A DNA stretch of 63,525 bases, filler included. It is 4 parts of 4 records of this genome, joined end to end, with 100 filler letters (N's around TTAATTAATTAA, not from the genome) between each part and the next. Parts side by side here need not be neighbours in the genome. Positions count along the whole stretch, not along the records: positions 38,923 to 57,879 come from SRR31156797_11058; 3 more parts are not named here. One strand, written 5' to 3'. A program made the translations under genes and the position numbers. Shown piece by piece: positions 46,891 to 57,255 of the stretch (position 1 is its first letter; the number at the start of each line of letters is the position of its first letter). The notes below the pieces were generated by a model that saw only the letters and a list, made by a program, of their open reading frames with translations, searched no databases and was not told the DNA's origin.

Positions 46891-47997
46891 GTGTTGAATA
46901 AGTATTTAAAAGATAAGAGGATTCTTATTACGGGTTCGTGCGGTACAGTGGGGTCTGAGCTGTTTAAAATATTGTGCTCTGCTTCTGAAAACCGGCCTGC
47001 AGAAATCGTTGGTGTGGATAACAATGAAAGCGCACTGTTTTTTATGGATCAAAAATATCTCAAGGATGAGCGTGCGCGGTTTTATCTTGCAGATGTACGG
47101 GATGGCGCAAAGATCCGCCGCGTGATGAAGGGTATGGATATTGTATTCCATGCGGCAGCCCTTAAGCATGTCGTGCTGTGTGAGAGATCTCCCTTCGAGT
47201 CGGTTCAGACTAACATCCATGGCGTTCAGAATGTCATCCAGGCTGCCATTGAGAACCAGGTTGAGAAGGTTATTTTTACAAGTTCCGACAAGGCTGTTAA
47301 CCCCACCAATGTGATGGGGACAAGCAAGCTCATGGGGGAGCGTCTCATAACCGCAGCCAACAATAATTATTTCAGCAGCAACACGCTTCTTGCCGCAACG
47401 CGGTTTGGCAATGTGCTTGGATCCAGCGGGTCTGTCGTGCCCATTTTTCATAAGCAGATTGAGAAGGGGGGGCCTGTAACTTTGACGGACAGGCGAATGA
47501 CCCGTTTTGTGATGAGCATCACGGATGCGGCCTATCTTGTGTTGAACTCTGCCGGAATCGCCCAGGGCGGGGAGGTTTTTATCACCAAGATGCCTGTCCT
47601 CAGAATCGCTGATCTGGCCGAAGTCATGATTAAGGAGTTGGCGCCTGTCTATGGCTTTTCCGAATCCCAGATAGAGATCCGTGAGATCGGTACAAAACCC
47701 GGTGAAAAACTCTATGAAGAGCTGATGAGTCAGGAAGAGACGCGACGGACTGTGGAACTTGAGGATTATTTTTCAGTTCTTCCGGCATTTCGCGGGGTTT
47801 ATCACGATATTTCATATGACTATGAAAAAGTCGTCTCCTCTGACGTTAAAAATCCCTATGTGTCCCATGATGCACAATACATGAGTCACGACGAATTAAG
47901 AAAATTTTTGTATGTAAACAAACTTCTCGATACAGAACAATTCACCCAAAGCCACCCTGACAAGCGGTACTGGCCTGGCGATAAAAAGGAGGACTGA
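46891..47997 (+). CDS. UDP-sugar 4,6-dehydratase (CapD/PseB/FnlA-like)
   Basis: ITGSCGTVG, FHAAALKHV, SSDKAVNPTNVMGTSK, RFGNVLGSSGSV, GEKLYEEL; GTG start after AAGGA. Confidence 0.88.
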   Translation: MLNKYLKDKRILITGSCGTVGSELFKILCSASENRPAEIVGVDNNESALFFMDQKYLKDERARFYLADVRDGAKIRRVMKGMDIVFHAAALKHVVLCERSPFESVQTNIHGVQNVIQAAIENQVEKVIFTSSDKAVNPTNVMGTSKLMGERLITAANNNYFSSNTLLAATRFGNVLGSSGSVVPIFHKQIEKGGPVTLTDRRMTRFVMSITDAAYLVLNSAGIAQGGEVFITKMPVLRIADLAEVMIKELAPVYGFSESQIEIREIGTKPGEKLYEELMSQEETRRTVELEDYFSVLPAFRGVYHDISYDYEKVVSSDVKNPYVSHDAQYMSHDELRKFLYVNKLLDTEQFTQSHPDKRYWPGDKKED

Positions 47998-48000
47998 TTT

Positions 48001-49149
48001 ATGAGGGTATTAATTGCTGGAGGTGACGGTTATCTTGGATGGCCTACCGCCATGAAATTTTCTGACCAGGGCCATGAGGTCGTGGTCGTGGATAACTATC
48101 TTAGAAGAGAGATGTCCATCAAGGAAGATGTCGAGGCTTTGTATAGTGTGCCCAACCTCCATGAGCGTACACGGATATGGAAAGAGCATACGGGAAAGGA
48201 AATAAAGGCAATTATCGGTGATCTTGCTGATTGGAATGTGGTTTCCAAAATATTCAATGAGTTCCAGCCCGAGGCTGTTATTCATTATGCCGAACAGCCC
48301 TCGGCTCCCTATTCCATGATGAATCGAGATGCCGCCTTTCTCACATTGAATAACAATCTCAATGTGACGGCCAATATTATCTTTGCGGTAAAAGAGTTCA
48401 CTCCCGATGCGCATATTATCAAGCTTGGTACAATGGGGGAATATGGGACTCCGAACATTGATATTGAGGAGGGGTGGATCGATATTGAACATAAGAACCG
48501 AAAAAGCAAATTTCTATATCCCCGTCAATCCGGCAGCCTTTATCACACAACCAAAATAATGGATACCGACCTCTTGTGGTTTTATGTCCGCATGTGGGGG
48601 CTTCGTGTCACGGATCTGATGCAGGGACCGGTATATGGGATCTTCACCGACGAGAACAAGGTCGATGAAAGGCTGCTTCCCTTTTTCAGTTATGATGAAC
48701 TCTTTGGGACGGTACTCAACAGGTTTGTGGCCCAGGCTATTGTCGGGTATCCCCTTACTGTTTATGGCAAGGGCGGCCAGACCCGGGGGTATCTGAACAT
48801 TAAAGATACGCTGAACTGTGTTGATCTCTCTTTGAAGACCCCGGCGGACAGGGGGGAACTTCGTATTTTCAATCAGCTTACCGAAACCTTCAGTGTAAAT
48901 GAGCTTGCGGCAAGAACCCAGGCGGCGGGTGCCAGACTCGGCCTTGAGGTCAAGATTGAAAATATTGAAAACCCGAGAAAGGAGATGGAGGAGCATTACT
49001 ATAATCCTGTCCACACCGGGTTGCTTGAACTGGGGCTTCAGCCCAATTTCCTGACTGAGGATGTGCTGGTCGAGATGATGGAGTTTGTTTTAAAATACAA
49101 AAGCAAGATTGCGAACCATAAGATATTCAGGGGTACCAAATGGGATTAA
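48001..49149 (+). CDS. sqdB: UDP-sulfoquinovose synthase
   Basis: GGDGYLGWPTA, AEQPSAPYSM, KLGTMGEYGTP, YHTTK, QGPVYG, GTVLNRF, PLTVYGKGGQTRGYL. Confidence 0.88.
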   Translation: MRVLIAGGDGYLGWPTAMKFSDQGHEVVVVDNYLRREMSIKEDVEALYSVPNLHERTRIWKEHTGKEIKAIIGDLADWNVVSKIFNEFQPEAVIHYAEQPSAPYSMMNRDAAFLTLNNNLNVTANIIFAVKEFTPDAHIIKLGTMGEYGTPNIDIEEGWIDIEHKNRKSKFLYPRQSGSLYHTTKIMDTDLLWFYVRMWGLRVTDLMQGPVYGIFTDENKVDERLLPFFSYDELFGTVLNRFVAQAIVGYPLTVYGKGGQTRGYLNIKDTLNCVDLSLKTPADRGELRIFNQLTETFSVNELAARTQAAGARLGLEVKIENIENPRKEMEEHYYNPVHTGLLELGLQPNFLTEDVLVEMMEFVLKYKSKIANHKIFRGTKWD

Positions 49150-50144
49150 ATTGGCTGATCAGCGGCGGGTGCGGATTTATTGGGAGGAATTTGATAAAAA
49201 GGCTTCTCGAGGAAGGCGGGCATTATATCCGGGTGCTTGATAACCTGTCCGTGGGAACGGAAGCCGATCTCTCAGAGGTCTGCTCTTTTACGATAATTGC
49301 TCCGGGTGAACTGCCCGGTTCCGGTTCCGGCGTTGATCTTGTGGTTGGGGATATCCTTGATGCCGGCCTTGCCATGGACGTTGCAAAGGGAATGGATGTT
49401 ATTGTTCATCTGGCTGCAAATACAGGGGTTGCACCGTCCGTGAAAAATCCCAGGGCCGATTGTGAATCCAATGTCATGGGCACCCTCAACTTCCTGGAAG
49501 CTGCCCGGGGGAACGGTGTGAAGCGGTTTGTCTTTGCTTCCAGCGGCGCTCCGGCCGGAGAGTGTACGCCTCCCATCCACGAGGAACTGCCTCCCCATCC
49601 GGTGTCACCCTATGGAGCAAGCAAGCTCGCCGGGGAGGGGTATTGCTCGGCATACAACAAAACTTTTGGCGTTGAGACAGTCGCCTTGAGATTTGGCAAC
49701 GTCTACGGACCGAATTCCGGCCGCAAGGATAGTGTGGTTGCCCGTTTTATAAAAAAAATTCTTGCCGGTGATGAGCTTGAAATCTATGGCGATGGGAGCC
49801 AAACCAGGGATTTTATCTATATTAATGACCTGGTTGAGGCCATTTGCCTGTCGGTTGAAAAGGAGGCCGGCGGAGAGGTTTTTCAGATCGCCACCAATTC
49901 CGAGACCACGGTAAATGAACTCCTGGATTGTATTCGATCCTGTTTTGGCAAGGTGGATCCCTCAAGGACAATATCTGTTCGTTATTCCGAACCCCGAACC
50001 GGGGATGTAAAACGAAATTTTTCAGATACGTCCAAAGCGAAAAGAATGCTTGGGTGGCAGGCCAACACCCTGCTTGAGGATGGAATTACAGAAACCCTGC
50101 AATGGTTTCTAAATTACAAAAATGATGGGCAGACCTATGAATGA
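49140..50144 (+). CDS. NAD-dependent sugar-nucleotide epimerase/dehydratase (extended SDR)
   Basis: GGCGFIG, HLAA, YGASK, RFGNVYGP, GDGSQTRDFIY. Confidence 0.9.
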   Translation: MGLNWLISGGCGFIGRNLIKRLLEEGGHYIRVLDNLSVGTEADLSEVCSFTIIAPGELPGSGSGVDLVVGDILDAGLAMDVAKGMDVIVHLAANTGVAPSVKNPRADCESNVMGTLNFLEAARGNGVKRFVFASSGAPAGECTPPIHEELPPHPVSPYGASKLAGEGYCSAYNKTFGVETVALRFGNVYGPNSGRKDSVVARFIKKILAGDELEIYGDGSQTRDFIYINDLVEAICLSVEKEAGGEVFQIATNSETTVNELLDCIRSCFGKVDPSRTISVRYSEPRTGDVKRNFSDTSKAKRMLGWQANTLLEDGITETLQWFLNYKNDGQTYE

Positions 50145-51171
50145 TAGCGCGGTTCATGTTGACAGCGAGAATGATATTGAATTGATCGATATTCTTCTCG
50201 TTGTCTGGAGGCGGAAAAAGATCATCATATCCGGAACCTTGGTGTGCCTGATCCTTGCCCTGTGTTTTTGTTTCGTCTCGTCAAAGAAATACGCCGTTAC
50301 CATGGTGATCGAGCCAAGCCTGGTCAACATTGATAACAGCGGGAAAGACAAATACATAGATGAGGCTTCTAATATTCAACGGATTATCGATGCCGGGTTT
50401 GCCGATTCCATGATTTTAAACCAGCTGGTTGCAGAGGGAAGGGAGGGCGTTCCGGAAAAATTGGGCTTTGTAACGTCTCTTCCCCCGGATACCCGGTCTG
50501 TAACGGTTTCCTATGTGACCGCTGATGTTGACCTGGGCATCAAAATTGAAAAATTGCTTCTGGAGCGGCTGCGTCAACGATACTCGAGCAAGGTGAAATA
50601 TTATAAGGACTACAAGCAGAGCACCATCGACAAGAGTAAGCTGGAAATCGAAAAGCATAAGGCGCTGGAGCGGTCCTATCAATTGAAAATTAAAAATTTT
50701 ACCGATAGGATCAAGCAGCTCGAGGCGGAATACGCGGTTATCGATGCCAACACAAAAGAGCTGATCGCCAAACAGAAAGTCTATCTGGAAACCTCCAGAT
50801 CTGAAAGCGCTGCCATGTCCGCGATGCTGTATACGAATGTTGTCCAGCAGAATCTGCAGCTGTCAAACAGTTATAAAAATCAGATAAATAACCTCAAACT
50901 CAGGGCTGAGGATCAGAGACAGAAATTGCTCGGGTCCGCAAAAAGTCGGGCGGCAATCGCCGAAGATATCAAAGCCCGGACCTACATGAAAGAGCAAATT
51001 CAAAATATCCAGGTCGTATCTCCTCCCACGGCGGGAACCACGCCGGTCAAGCCGAACATGTTGCTCATAACGGTTGTCGGGACATTGTTCGGTCTGTTCT
51101 CGTCTCTGTTTGCAGCCTTTATGGTTGAGTACATAACAAGGAAAACAAGGCCTGCCGATCTGGATGTATAA
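50137..51171 (+). CDS. Wzz-like polysaccharide chain-length determinant
   Basis: IELIDILLVVWRRKK + TM, coiled coil, PVKP + C-terminal TM. Confidence 0.82.
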   Translation: MNDSAVHVDSENDIELIDILLVVWRRKKIIISGTLVCLILALCFCFVSSKKYAVTMVIEPSLVNIDNSGKDKYIDEASNIQRIIDAGFADSMILNQLVAEGREGVPEKLGFVTSLPPDTRSVTVSYVTADVDLGIKIEKLLLERLRQRYSSKVKYYKDYKQSTIDKSKLEIEKHKALERSYQLKIKNFTDRIKQLEAEYAVIDANTKELIAKQKVYLETSRSESAAMSAMLYTNVVQQNLQLSNSYKNQINNLKLRAEDQRQKLLGSAKSRAAIAEDIKARTYMKEQIQNIQVVSPPTAGTTPVKPNMLLITVVGTLFGLFSSLFAAFMVEYITRKTRPADLDV

Positions 51172-51218
51172 ATCACGATCCGGCGCTTCCATTCGGAACG
51201 TTCAGTGAAAAAACAATC

Positions 51219-52931
51219 ATGGAAACAAAGAAACCGGAGAGAGAGATGGATAGCGGTTTAAGTGAATCTTTCCTGGGCAGCCGTTTGCTGTCCCTGGGGA
51301 AGATTACTGAAGAAGATTTGCGCAAGGCCATATCCGTCCAGCAGCAGATAGAAGGCAACCTGGGCCCCATACTGGTCCGTATCGGGGCCATTTCAGAGGA
51401 TAACCTGCTTCGGGTGTTGTCTGAACTCTTTGACATGCCGATTGCAGGGAGTGACCAGATCCCGGTGGATCCCATGGTGTTTCTGGCGGCCATTGAAAAG
51501 AGCGGCATCGACAGGGAGTGGTGGCTGGATCAGGAGTTGCTGGTCTGGGAAGATGACGACGGGCGTGTGTTGTCCGTTTCCCGGGAACCCTTGCCCGACA
51601 GCATGGATGAAGTGCTTGAGAGAACGTTTCCCGATACCGAAAGGCAGGCGCTGCTTGTCCGCAGCTATGACATGGAGCGTCTTCTGGAATCGGTTTCCCG
51701 GGTTATGGTCGCGTCAAACACGGGCAAGAGTGACGCCGACCAGCTCAGGGAGTTGGCGGAAGAGGCGCCGGTTGTCGAGTTTGTGAATAATATTTTTGCC
51801 CAGGCCCTGGAGCAGGACGCCTCTGATGTTCATATCGAACCCGGGGAGAGTACCTTTGAGATACGGTTCCGTTGCGACGGTATTCTCGGGTCCCGGTTCA
51901 AGATCAGCATGGATCGCTTTCCGGCCATCAGTTCGAGGATCAAGCTTGTTTCCGGCATGGATATTTCAGAACGAAGATTGCCCCAGGACGGTCGCCTGAG
52001 TCTGAGACTCAGCGGCGTGGAAGTGGATATCCGGGCATCGGCGGTTCCCGGGGTGCATGGGGAGTCCATTGTCCTGAGGCTGCTTCCCAAGGAGGGCGGC
52101 GGATTCGACCTGATGAACCTCGGTCTGCTCGAAAAAGAGCGAAACATGCTTGAAGCCTGGATCCATCAGCCCCATGGCATTTTTCTGGTCACAGGTCCCA
52201 CCGGTTCCGGTAAGTCGACCACCCTTTATTCGGCCCTTGAATTTGTAAATCAGCAAAGCAAGAAAATAATCACGGTTGAAGATCCTGTTGAATATCATAT
52301 CCAGGGAATTACCCAGGTTCAAACCCACACCGAAATCGGTTATACCTTTGCAAGTGCGTTGCGGTCGTTCCTGCGCCAGGATCCGGATATCATCATGGTG
52401 GGGGAGATCCGGGATAAAGAAACCGCTGAAATCGCCATCCAGGCCTCACTCACCGGTCATCTGGTTCTGTCAACCCTTCATACGAACGATGCGGTCAGCG
52501 CATTTACCCGTTTAATTGACATGGGGATCGATCCGTTTCTTATTGCGACTCCCATCCGGGGGGTCATGGCCCAGCGGCTGGTGAGAAAATTGTGTCCCGA
52601 GTGTGCGGAGCCGGATTCTCCCATTGCCGATATCGTGGAGTTGACCCGGCGTGTTCTGCCTCCGGGCATGAAAAACACAAAACCGGACTGGCGAAAACCC
52701 AAAGGGTGCAGCCGATGTCATGGTACGGGCTATATGGGAAGGGAGGGAATCTTTGAGCTTGTGGAGGTTACCCCGGAAATTCAGCATCTGATTTTAAACA
52801 ACGGGACCAACTCACAGATGCGGGAGGTCTCAAGCCGGCAGGGGCTTAGAACCATGCGGGAAGACGGACTTCTGAAAGCGTGGCGGGGAATCACCTGCAT
52901 CGAAGAGGTTTTACGGGTGAGCGCAGAGTGA
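51219..52931 (+). CDS. gspE: Type II secretion ATPase
   Basis: ASDVHIEP, RLPQDGR, GPTGSGKST, EDPVE, LRQDPDIIMVGEIRD, TGHLVLSTLH, CxxC pairs. Confidence 0.93.
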   Translation: METKKPEREMDSGLSESFLGSRLLSLGKITEEDLRKAISVQQQIEGNLGPILVRIGAISEDNLLRVLSELFDMPIAGSDQIPVDPMVFLAAIEKSGIDREWWLDQELLVWEDDDGRVLSVSREPLPDSMDEVLERTFPDTERQALLVRSYDMERLLESVSRVMVASNTGKSDADQLRELAEEAPVVEFVNNIFAQALEQDASDVHIEPGESTFEIRFRCDGILGSRFKISMDRFPAISSRIKLVSGMDISERRLPQDGRLSLRLSGVEVDIRASAVPGVHGESIVLRLLPKEGGGFDLMNLGLLEKERNMLEAWIHQPHGIFLVTGPTGSGKSTTLYSALEFVNQQSKKIITVEDPVEYHIQGITQVQTHTEIGYTFASALRSFLRQDPDIIMVGEIRDKETAEIAIQASLTGHLVLSTLHTNDAVSAFTRLIDMGIDPFLIATPIRGVMAQRLVRKLCPECAEPDSPIADIVELTRRVLPPGMKNTKPDWRKPKGCSRCHGTGYMGREGIFELVEVTPEIQHLILNNGTNSQMREVSSRQGLRTMREDGLLKAWRGITCIEEVLRVSAE

Positions 52932-54151
52932 TGTTTCAATACAGGGCTGTGAATTCGGACGGGAAAATCGTCACCGGTTCAATTGACGCCGACAGTTATC
53001 GGAGCGCCGCACGGCTTCTTCAACAGAAACGGTTGAAGGTGGTTGAGGTGACAGCCCAAAATGGTACGGCGCGCCAGCCGGGAGGCAAGGACAGGAAAAC
53101 GGGGTGGGGAGGGAAAAAAGCAAGTCCGGGGGAGTTGATTGCGGCCTTCCAGCAGCTGACGGTTTTGCTGGAATCCGGCATGCCCCTGGTGGAGACCGTG
53201 GCCTCCCTTGCCGATTCGGCAGGTAATCCTCTCATTGCCAGGGAATTTGGGAATATTGTTTCCGAGCTCAGGCGCGGTCAATCGTTTTCCCAGGCACTTG
53301 ATAAATGCAAACTCAGTTTTCCCGGATATTTTAAAACCCTTGCAAGTGCAGGGGAGTTGACGGGAAAAATGGCTTCAGCCATGCGGGACGGACTGGAACA
53401 ATGGAAGTCTGACCTGGAGGTTGCCACCCAGCTCCGCAATGCGTTGATCTATCCTGTGATTTTGATTGTATCGGGCATATGCGCCGTGCTGCTGATATTT
53501 ATACTGGTGGTGCCGAAATTTGCCAAATTGCTGGACAAGGCCGGCGGGGATATCCCGTTGCTGGCAAAAGCCGTCATCGGGGCCGGAACCTTTTTCAACC
53601 ATTATATGGTGGAGCTTGGGATCGGCATGGCCGTGGTCGGTGTCCTTGGTTTTTATGGGGCCGGCAATCCGGAGGTGCGCCGCCGGGTCGGTAATTTCAT
53701 GTATAAATTGCCTTTTTTTCACGGATGGATGGCTGAAACAGTGATCGGGAACTGGGCCGCTCTGCTTGCGACCTTGCTGGCCAACAAGGTTTCATTGTTG
53801 AAGGCCCTCGAGCTCTCTTCCGGGTTTGTGAAAATTGATGCATTGAGTGCCGGATTCAGCCAGGTCATAAAAAATGTGGGTTCCGGTTCAAGACTGGCGG
53901 ATTCCCTGCGGGATATGAACGCCATCACCCCCACGGGATACAACTTGATCCAGTCGGGTGAAAATTCGGGAAGATTGCCGGAGATGCTGAAAGTCCTGGC
54001 ATCTCTTTACATGGAGAGCAATCAAAATAGAATCAAGCGGTTTTTAATTGTTTTGGAGCCTGTTGCCATTTTATGCATAGGCTGCGCAGTGGGCCTGATA
54101 ATGGGCGGTATTATTCTGGCGATTACCAGTGCCAACAACATGTCGATCTGA
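52931..54151 (+). CDS. gspF: Type II secretion inner membrane platform protein
   Basis: FQYRA, LLESGMPL, GELTG, ALIYP, GENSGRL, LEP; start overlaps gspE stop. Confidence 0.9.
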   Translation: MFQYRAVNSDGKIVTGSIDADSYRSAARLLQQKRLKVVEVTAQNGTARQPGGKDRKTGWGGKKASPGELIAAFQQLTVLLESGMPLVETVASLADSAGNPLIAREFGNIVSELRRGQSFSQALDKCKLSFPGYFKTLASAGELTGKMASAMRDGLEQWKSDLEVATQLRNALIYPVILIVSGICAVLLIFILVVPKFAKLLDKAGGDIPLLAKAVIGAGTFFNHYMVELGIGMAVVGVLGFYGAGNPEVRRRVGNFMYKLPFFHGWMAETVIGNWAALLATLLANKVSLLKALELSSGFVKIDALSAGFSQVIKNVGSGSRLADSLRDMNAITPTGYNLIQSGENSGRLPEMLKVLASLYMESNQNRIKRFLIVLEPVAILCIGCAVGLIMGGIILAITSANNMSI

Positions 54152-54184
54152 GGATGGCATGATGAACGAAAAAAAAGGAGTGTT

Positions 54185-54649
54185 GTGACAATGATACGCA
54201 GTAGATCCATGGGGCGGATACGGTCCCAAGAAGGTTTTACCTTGCTTGAAATGCTTGTGGTGATGGTTATCATCGGGCTTCTGGCCGGGCTGATCGGCCC
54301 GCGGATGTTCAGCCGGGTGGATGAATCCAAGGTGAAAACAGCCGAGATCCAGATCAAGATGATCAAGGGCGCCCTTGAGACCATGCGCCTTGACACCGGA
54401 CGGTTTCCCTCCGGAAAGGACGGGCTGAAACTGTTGAACCAGCCGCCGTCCGACGAACGGCTCAAGACCCTTTGGAAGGGACCTTACCTGGACGAAGAGG
54501 TGCCCCTGGATCCCTGGGGGACCGAGTATCAGTATTCCGTGCCGGGCCTGAATGGCCGTCCGTTTGCCCTGTATTCCTTTGGGGCGGATGGTAAGCCGGG
54601 GGGAGAAGGAAATGACGCGGACATCGGCTATTTGCCCGCCGAGGGGTAA
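54185..54649 (+). CDS. gspG: Major pseudopilin
   Basis: GFTLLEMLVV prepilin site; WKGPYL, PLDPWG, SFGADGKPGGEG. Confidence 0.93.
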   Translation: MTMIRSRSMGRIRSQEGFTLLEMLVVMVIIGLLAGLIGPRMFSRVDESKVKTAEIQIKMIKGALETMRLDTGRFPSGKDGLKLLNQPPSDERLKTLWKGPYLDEEVPLDPWGTEYQYSVPGLNGRPFALYSFGADGKPGGEGNDADIGYLPAEG

Positions 54650-55037
54650 AGCGTCCAACGGCTATACCCTTCTTGAAACCCTGGTCGTCATCAGTATGAT
54701 AGGACTGCTGGCGGGCTTGGTGCTGCCCCGTTTGTCCATGGTTTACAACAGCGCCAGGTGGGCCAGTGAAAAAAACGAGGTGCTGAGACAGGTGGCAGGG
54801 TTAGGCTACAGCGCTTTTACCCGTGCCCGTGGGGTGACGTTGATCCGATATCCCGTGGCCCAGGGGATGGAGCCCCTTCCCCTGGATCTGCCAAGCGGAT
54901 GGGAGATCTCCGCTGACCAGCCGGTCCGGTATAATGCCAAAGGGGTGTGTTACGGTGGGATCATTCACCTGAAGAAGAAAGAAAGACGGTTGACGGTTCT
55001 GCTTCAAGCGCCCCTGGGAATTCCTGTTGTCCAGTGA
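54612..55037 (+). CDS. Minor pseudopilin (GspH-like)
   Basis: GYTLLETLVV prepilin site; follows gspG; start uncertain. Confidence 0.7.
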   Translation: MTRTSAICPPRGKASNGYTLLETLVVISMIGLLAGLVLPRLSMVYNSARWASEKNEVLRQVAGLGYSAFTRARGVTLIRYPVAQGMEPLPLDLPSGWEISADQPVRYNAKGVCYGGIIHLKKKERRLTVLLQAPLGIPVVQ

Positions 55038-55077
55038 CGGGGAATTACGTGATTCGTATCGGTTCGGTGGTTTTTTA

Positions 55078-55533
55078 ATGTTTTTTCTGAAAAAAAAGGT
55101 TGCATGCAACGCCGGGGGGTTTACGCTTCTCGAAGCAATGACGGCCATGGTGATTGTTTCCACGACAGGCTTGGCGCTTTTTTCCTGGGTGAATTCAAGC
55201 CTTGAGAATCTTGGCAGGGTTCAGGCGCACACAAGGCGACTGGATGCCATGACCGTGGCCTTGAATTTCATGGAAGGGGTCAATCCCATGGAGAAGCCGG
55301 AAGACGCGTTTATCCTTGGCGGCTATAAAATCGAGTGGGACGCGGAACTGATCGAGCCGATCAAGCAGGGCGTCGGGTATCCCGGCGGCATAAGCCCTTT
55401 TCAGCTGGGGCTTTACGCCACCCGTGTCCTTGTCTTTGCAGAAGAGGAGCAGGGTGGTTATAAAGAGATCGCCTCGTTTGATCTGCGCCAGGTCGGTTTT
55501 GAAAGGACGGGGTATTCAGTTGGGGGCTTATAG
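55078..55533 (+). CDS. Minor pseudopilin (GspI-like)
   Basis: GFTLLEAMTA prepilin site; start uncertain. Confidence 0.7.
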   Translation: MFFLKKKVACNAGGFTLLEAMTAMVIVSTTGLALFSWVNSSLENLGRVQAHTRRLDAMTVALNFMEGVNPMEKPEDAFILGGYKIEWDAELIEPIKQGVGYPGGISPFQLGLYATRVLVFAEEEQGGYKEIASFDLRQVGFERTGYSVGGL

Positions 55534-56155
55534 GGTAAAATCCGCCGGCGGCTTCACCTTGATGGAGGTGATGGTCGTACTGGTGCTGGTGAGCCTGATC
55601 TCCACCTTGCTGATGCAGGGGTTTTCCCATGTGCTGGACCTGCGTCTGCGGTTCTTCAAGCACCATGAAAAACAGGTGACAACCACCCTGCAGACCCAGT
55701 GGTTTCAAAGCGTGACGTCAGGGTTTTCATCAGGGTATGCCGATCCCGCCTATGTCGGATCGAGGATAGCCGACAGGGAATCGTTTTTTTCGGGAACCGA
55801 GGAAAAAATTCAGGGGGTTTCATTGGCAGCCCTTGGGAGTGAGCCCGGGCTTCCCAGGGAGGTGACTTTGGAACTCATTAAGGACAGGGATGGGCTTGTG
55901 TTGAGTTACAGTGAGTTCCGGCACCGGGACTGGGTGATCGGCCGGTGGGAAAATGGAGATGGCCGGTTCGGGTTCCTGGACCATCGGGGCAATTGGCAGG
56001 ATCACTGGCCGGTAAAGGAGGGGGACGAGGAAACCCTTCCCAGGGCTGTTTGCCTGACGGTGACGGACGCCCGGGGTCAAATTACCTGGTTTTCAAGGGT
56101 GGTTGGAAAATCACAGGCACGATCGAGCCTTCGAAGTATTTTTGGTGATTTTTAG
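55520..56155 (+). CDS. Minor pseudopilin (GspJ-like)
   Basis: GFTLMEVMVV; C-terminal WQDHWP...LPRAV; start uncertain (TTG 55520). Confidence 0.75.
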   Translation: MGAYRVKSAGGFTLMEVMVVLVLVSLISTLLMQGFSHVLDLRLRFFKHHEKQVTTTLQTQWFQSVTSGFSSGYADPAYVGSRIADRESFFSGTEEKIQGVSLAALGSEPGLPREVTLELIKDRDGLVLSYSEFRHRDWVIGRWENGDGRFGFLDHRGNWQDHWPVKEGDEETLPRAVCLTVTDARGQITWFSRVVGKSQARSSLRSIFGDF

Positions 56156-56157
56156 GG

Positions 56158-57255
56158 ATGGCGACGGGTGAAACAGGGGGGCGGTCCATGGCAGGTCCCG
56201 GCGTTGCCAGGTCCCAGGAGGGGTTTGTGCTGGTGTCGGTTCTCTGGATGCTTGCCGCCATGGCGATTTTTGCATCCTTCTTTTCCCTGTGGGGCGCCTC
56301 TGTCCGGGAAAAGGCTGTCCGGGCACAGGAACGGTTTTACGCAAATGTCGAGGTCGCGGGTACGGAAGCGTCATTGCGGTACCTCCTCGGGACCCGGCCC
56401 CTTAACTTCGCAGGCCTTACCACCAGCCTCTCCTTTGATCCAAGGGTGGGATCCGGCACAACCCCCTTTGCTTCGGCCCCTAAAATGCAGGGGGGGGAAA
56501 TCCCCCTAAATGATACCCCCTGTTCAGGGATGGGCCGGGCCGTTTTTTCCATTCAGGACGAGGGCGGGCTTCTGGGGATCAATCATCCCTCGTCCAGCCA
56601 CCTGGAGAACCTGCTGGCGCTCCTGGGGGTGCCCACTTCGGAAACCGGTTCCCTGGTGGACAAGTTTTTGGATTATCTTGATTCCGATAGCCTGACACGG
56701 CTCAATGGGGCGGAAAAACGGGATTATGAGAGGCTGGGGATGGCGCCGCCCGCCAACTACCTGTTGCTGAGTCCCTGGGAGGCCAGGGGGATTTTGGGCT
56801 GGAACGCGGAGTCCGGACTTTGGGAGAATGATCGCTTCCCAAGATTGACAACCATTGCCACCGGTGGTATACCCAACCTCAATACGGCTCCGTTATTGGT
56901 GATCAAGACACTGCCGGGCATGGATGAGCTGACTGCGAACAGGATTGTTGCTGCCAGAAAGGCGGAGCCGTTCACATCCGTTTTCAGCGTTGAGGCCGCA
57001 ATCGGCAAAAAGCTGTTTATCGATCCCATGGAAACCCGTTTTTTTCCAGCCGGGAGCCTGAGGGTTACCCTGTGGCACGAGGATTTGAATCGGTACAGGG
57101 AAATTCATCTTAACCTTTCCACCAGTGAGAAAAGCGTTGCCCCATGGTCCGATGATTATGGGATAACGGCTCCGTTAACAGACTCTATGAAGACAACCCC
57201 AAAGGAATCCATTGAAATCCCTGTTTTTTCCACGTCGGTTTCTCCAGTACAGTAA
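56158..57255 (+). CDS. gspK: Minor pseudopilin GspK
   Basis: GFVLVSVLW (no Glu+5), IQDEGGLLGIN, DYLDSD, GAE, NLNTAP. Confidence 0.85.
   Translation: MATGETGGRSMAGPGVARSQEGFVLVSVLWMLAAMAIFASFFSLWGASVREKAVRAQERFYANVEVAGTEASLRYLLGTRPLNFAGLTTSLSFDPRVGSGTTPFASAPKMQGGEIPLNDTPCSGMGRAVFSIQDEGGLLGINHPSSSHLENLLALLGVPTSETGSLVDKFLDYLDSDSLTRLNGAEKRDYERLGMAPPANYLLLSPWEARGILGWNAESGLWENDRFPRLTTIATGGIPNLNTAPLLVIKTLPGMDELTANRIVAARKAEPFTSVFSVEAAIGKKLFIDPMETRFFPAGSLRVTLWHEDLNRYREIHLNLSTSEKSVAPWSDDYGITAPLTDSMKTTPKESIEIPVFSTSVSPVQ

Noticed and set aside
51219-57255. Type IV pilus biogenesis cluster
   Set aside because: GspG signature (WKGPYL/DPWG), a GspK and E-F-G-H-I-J-K order indicate type II secretion.
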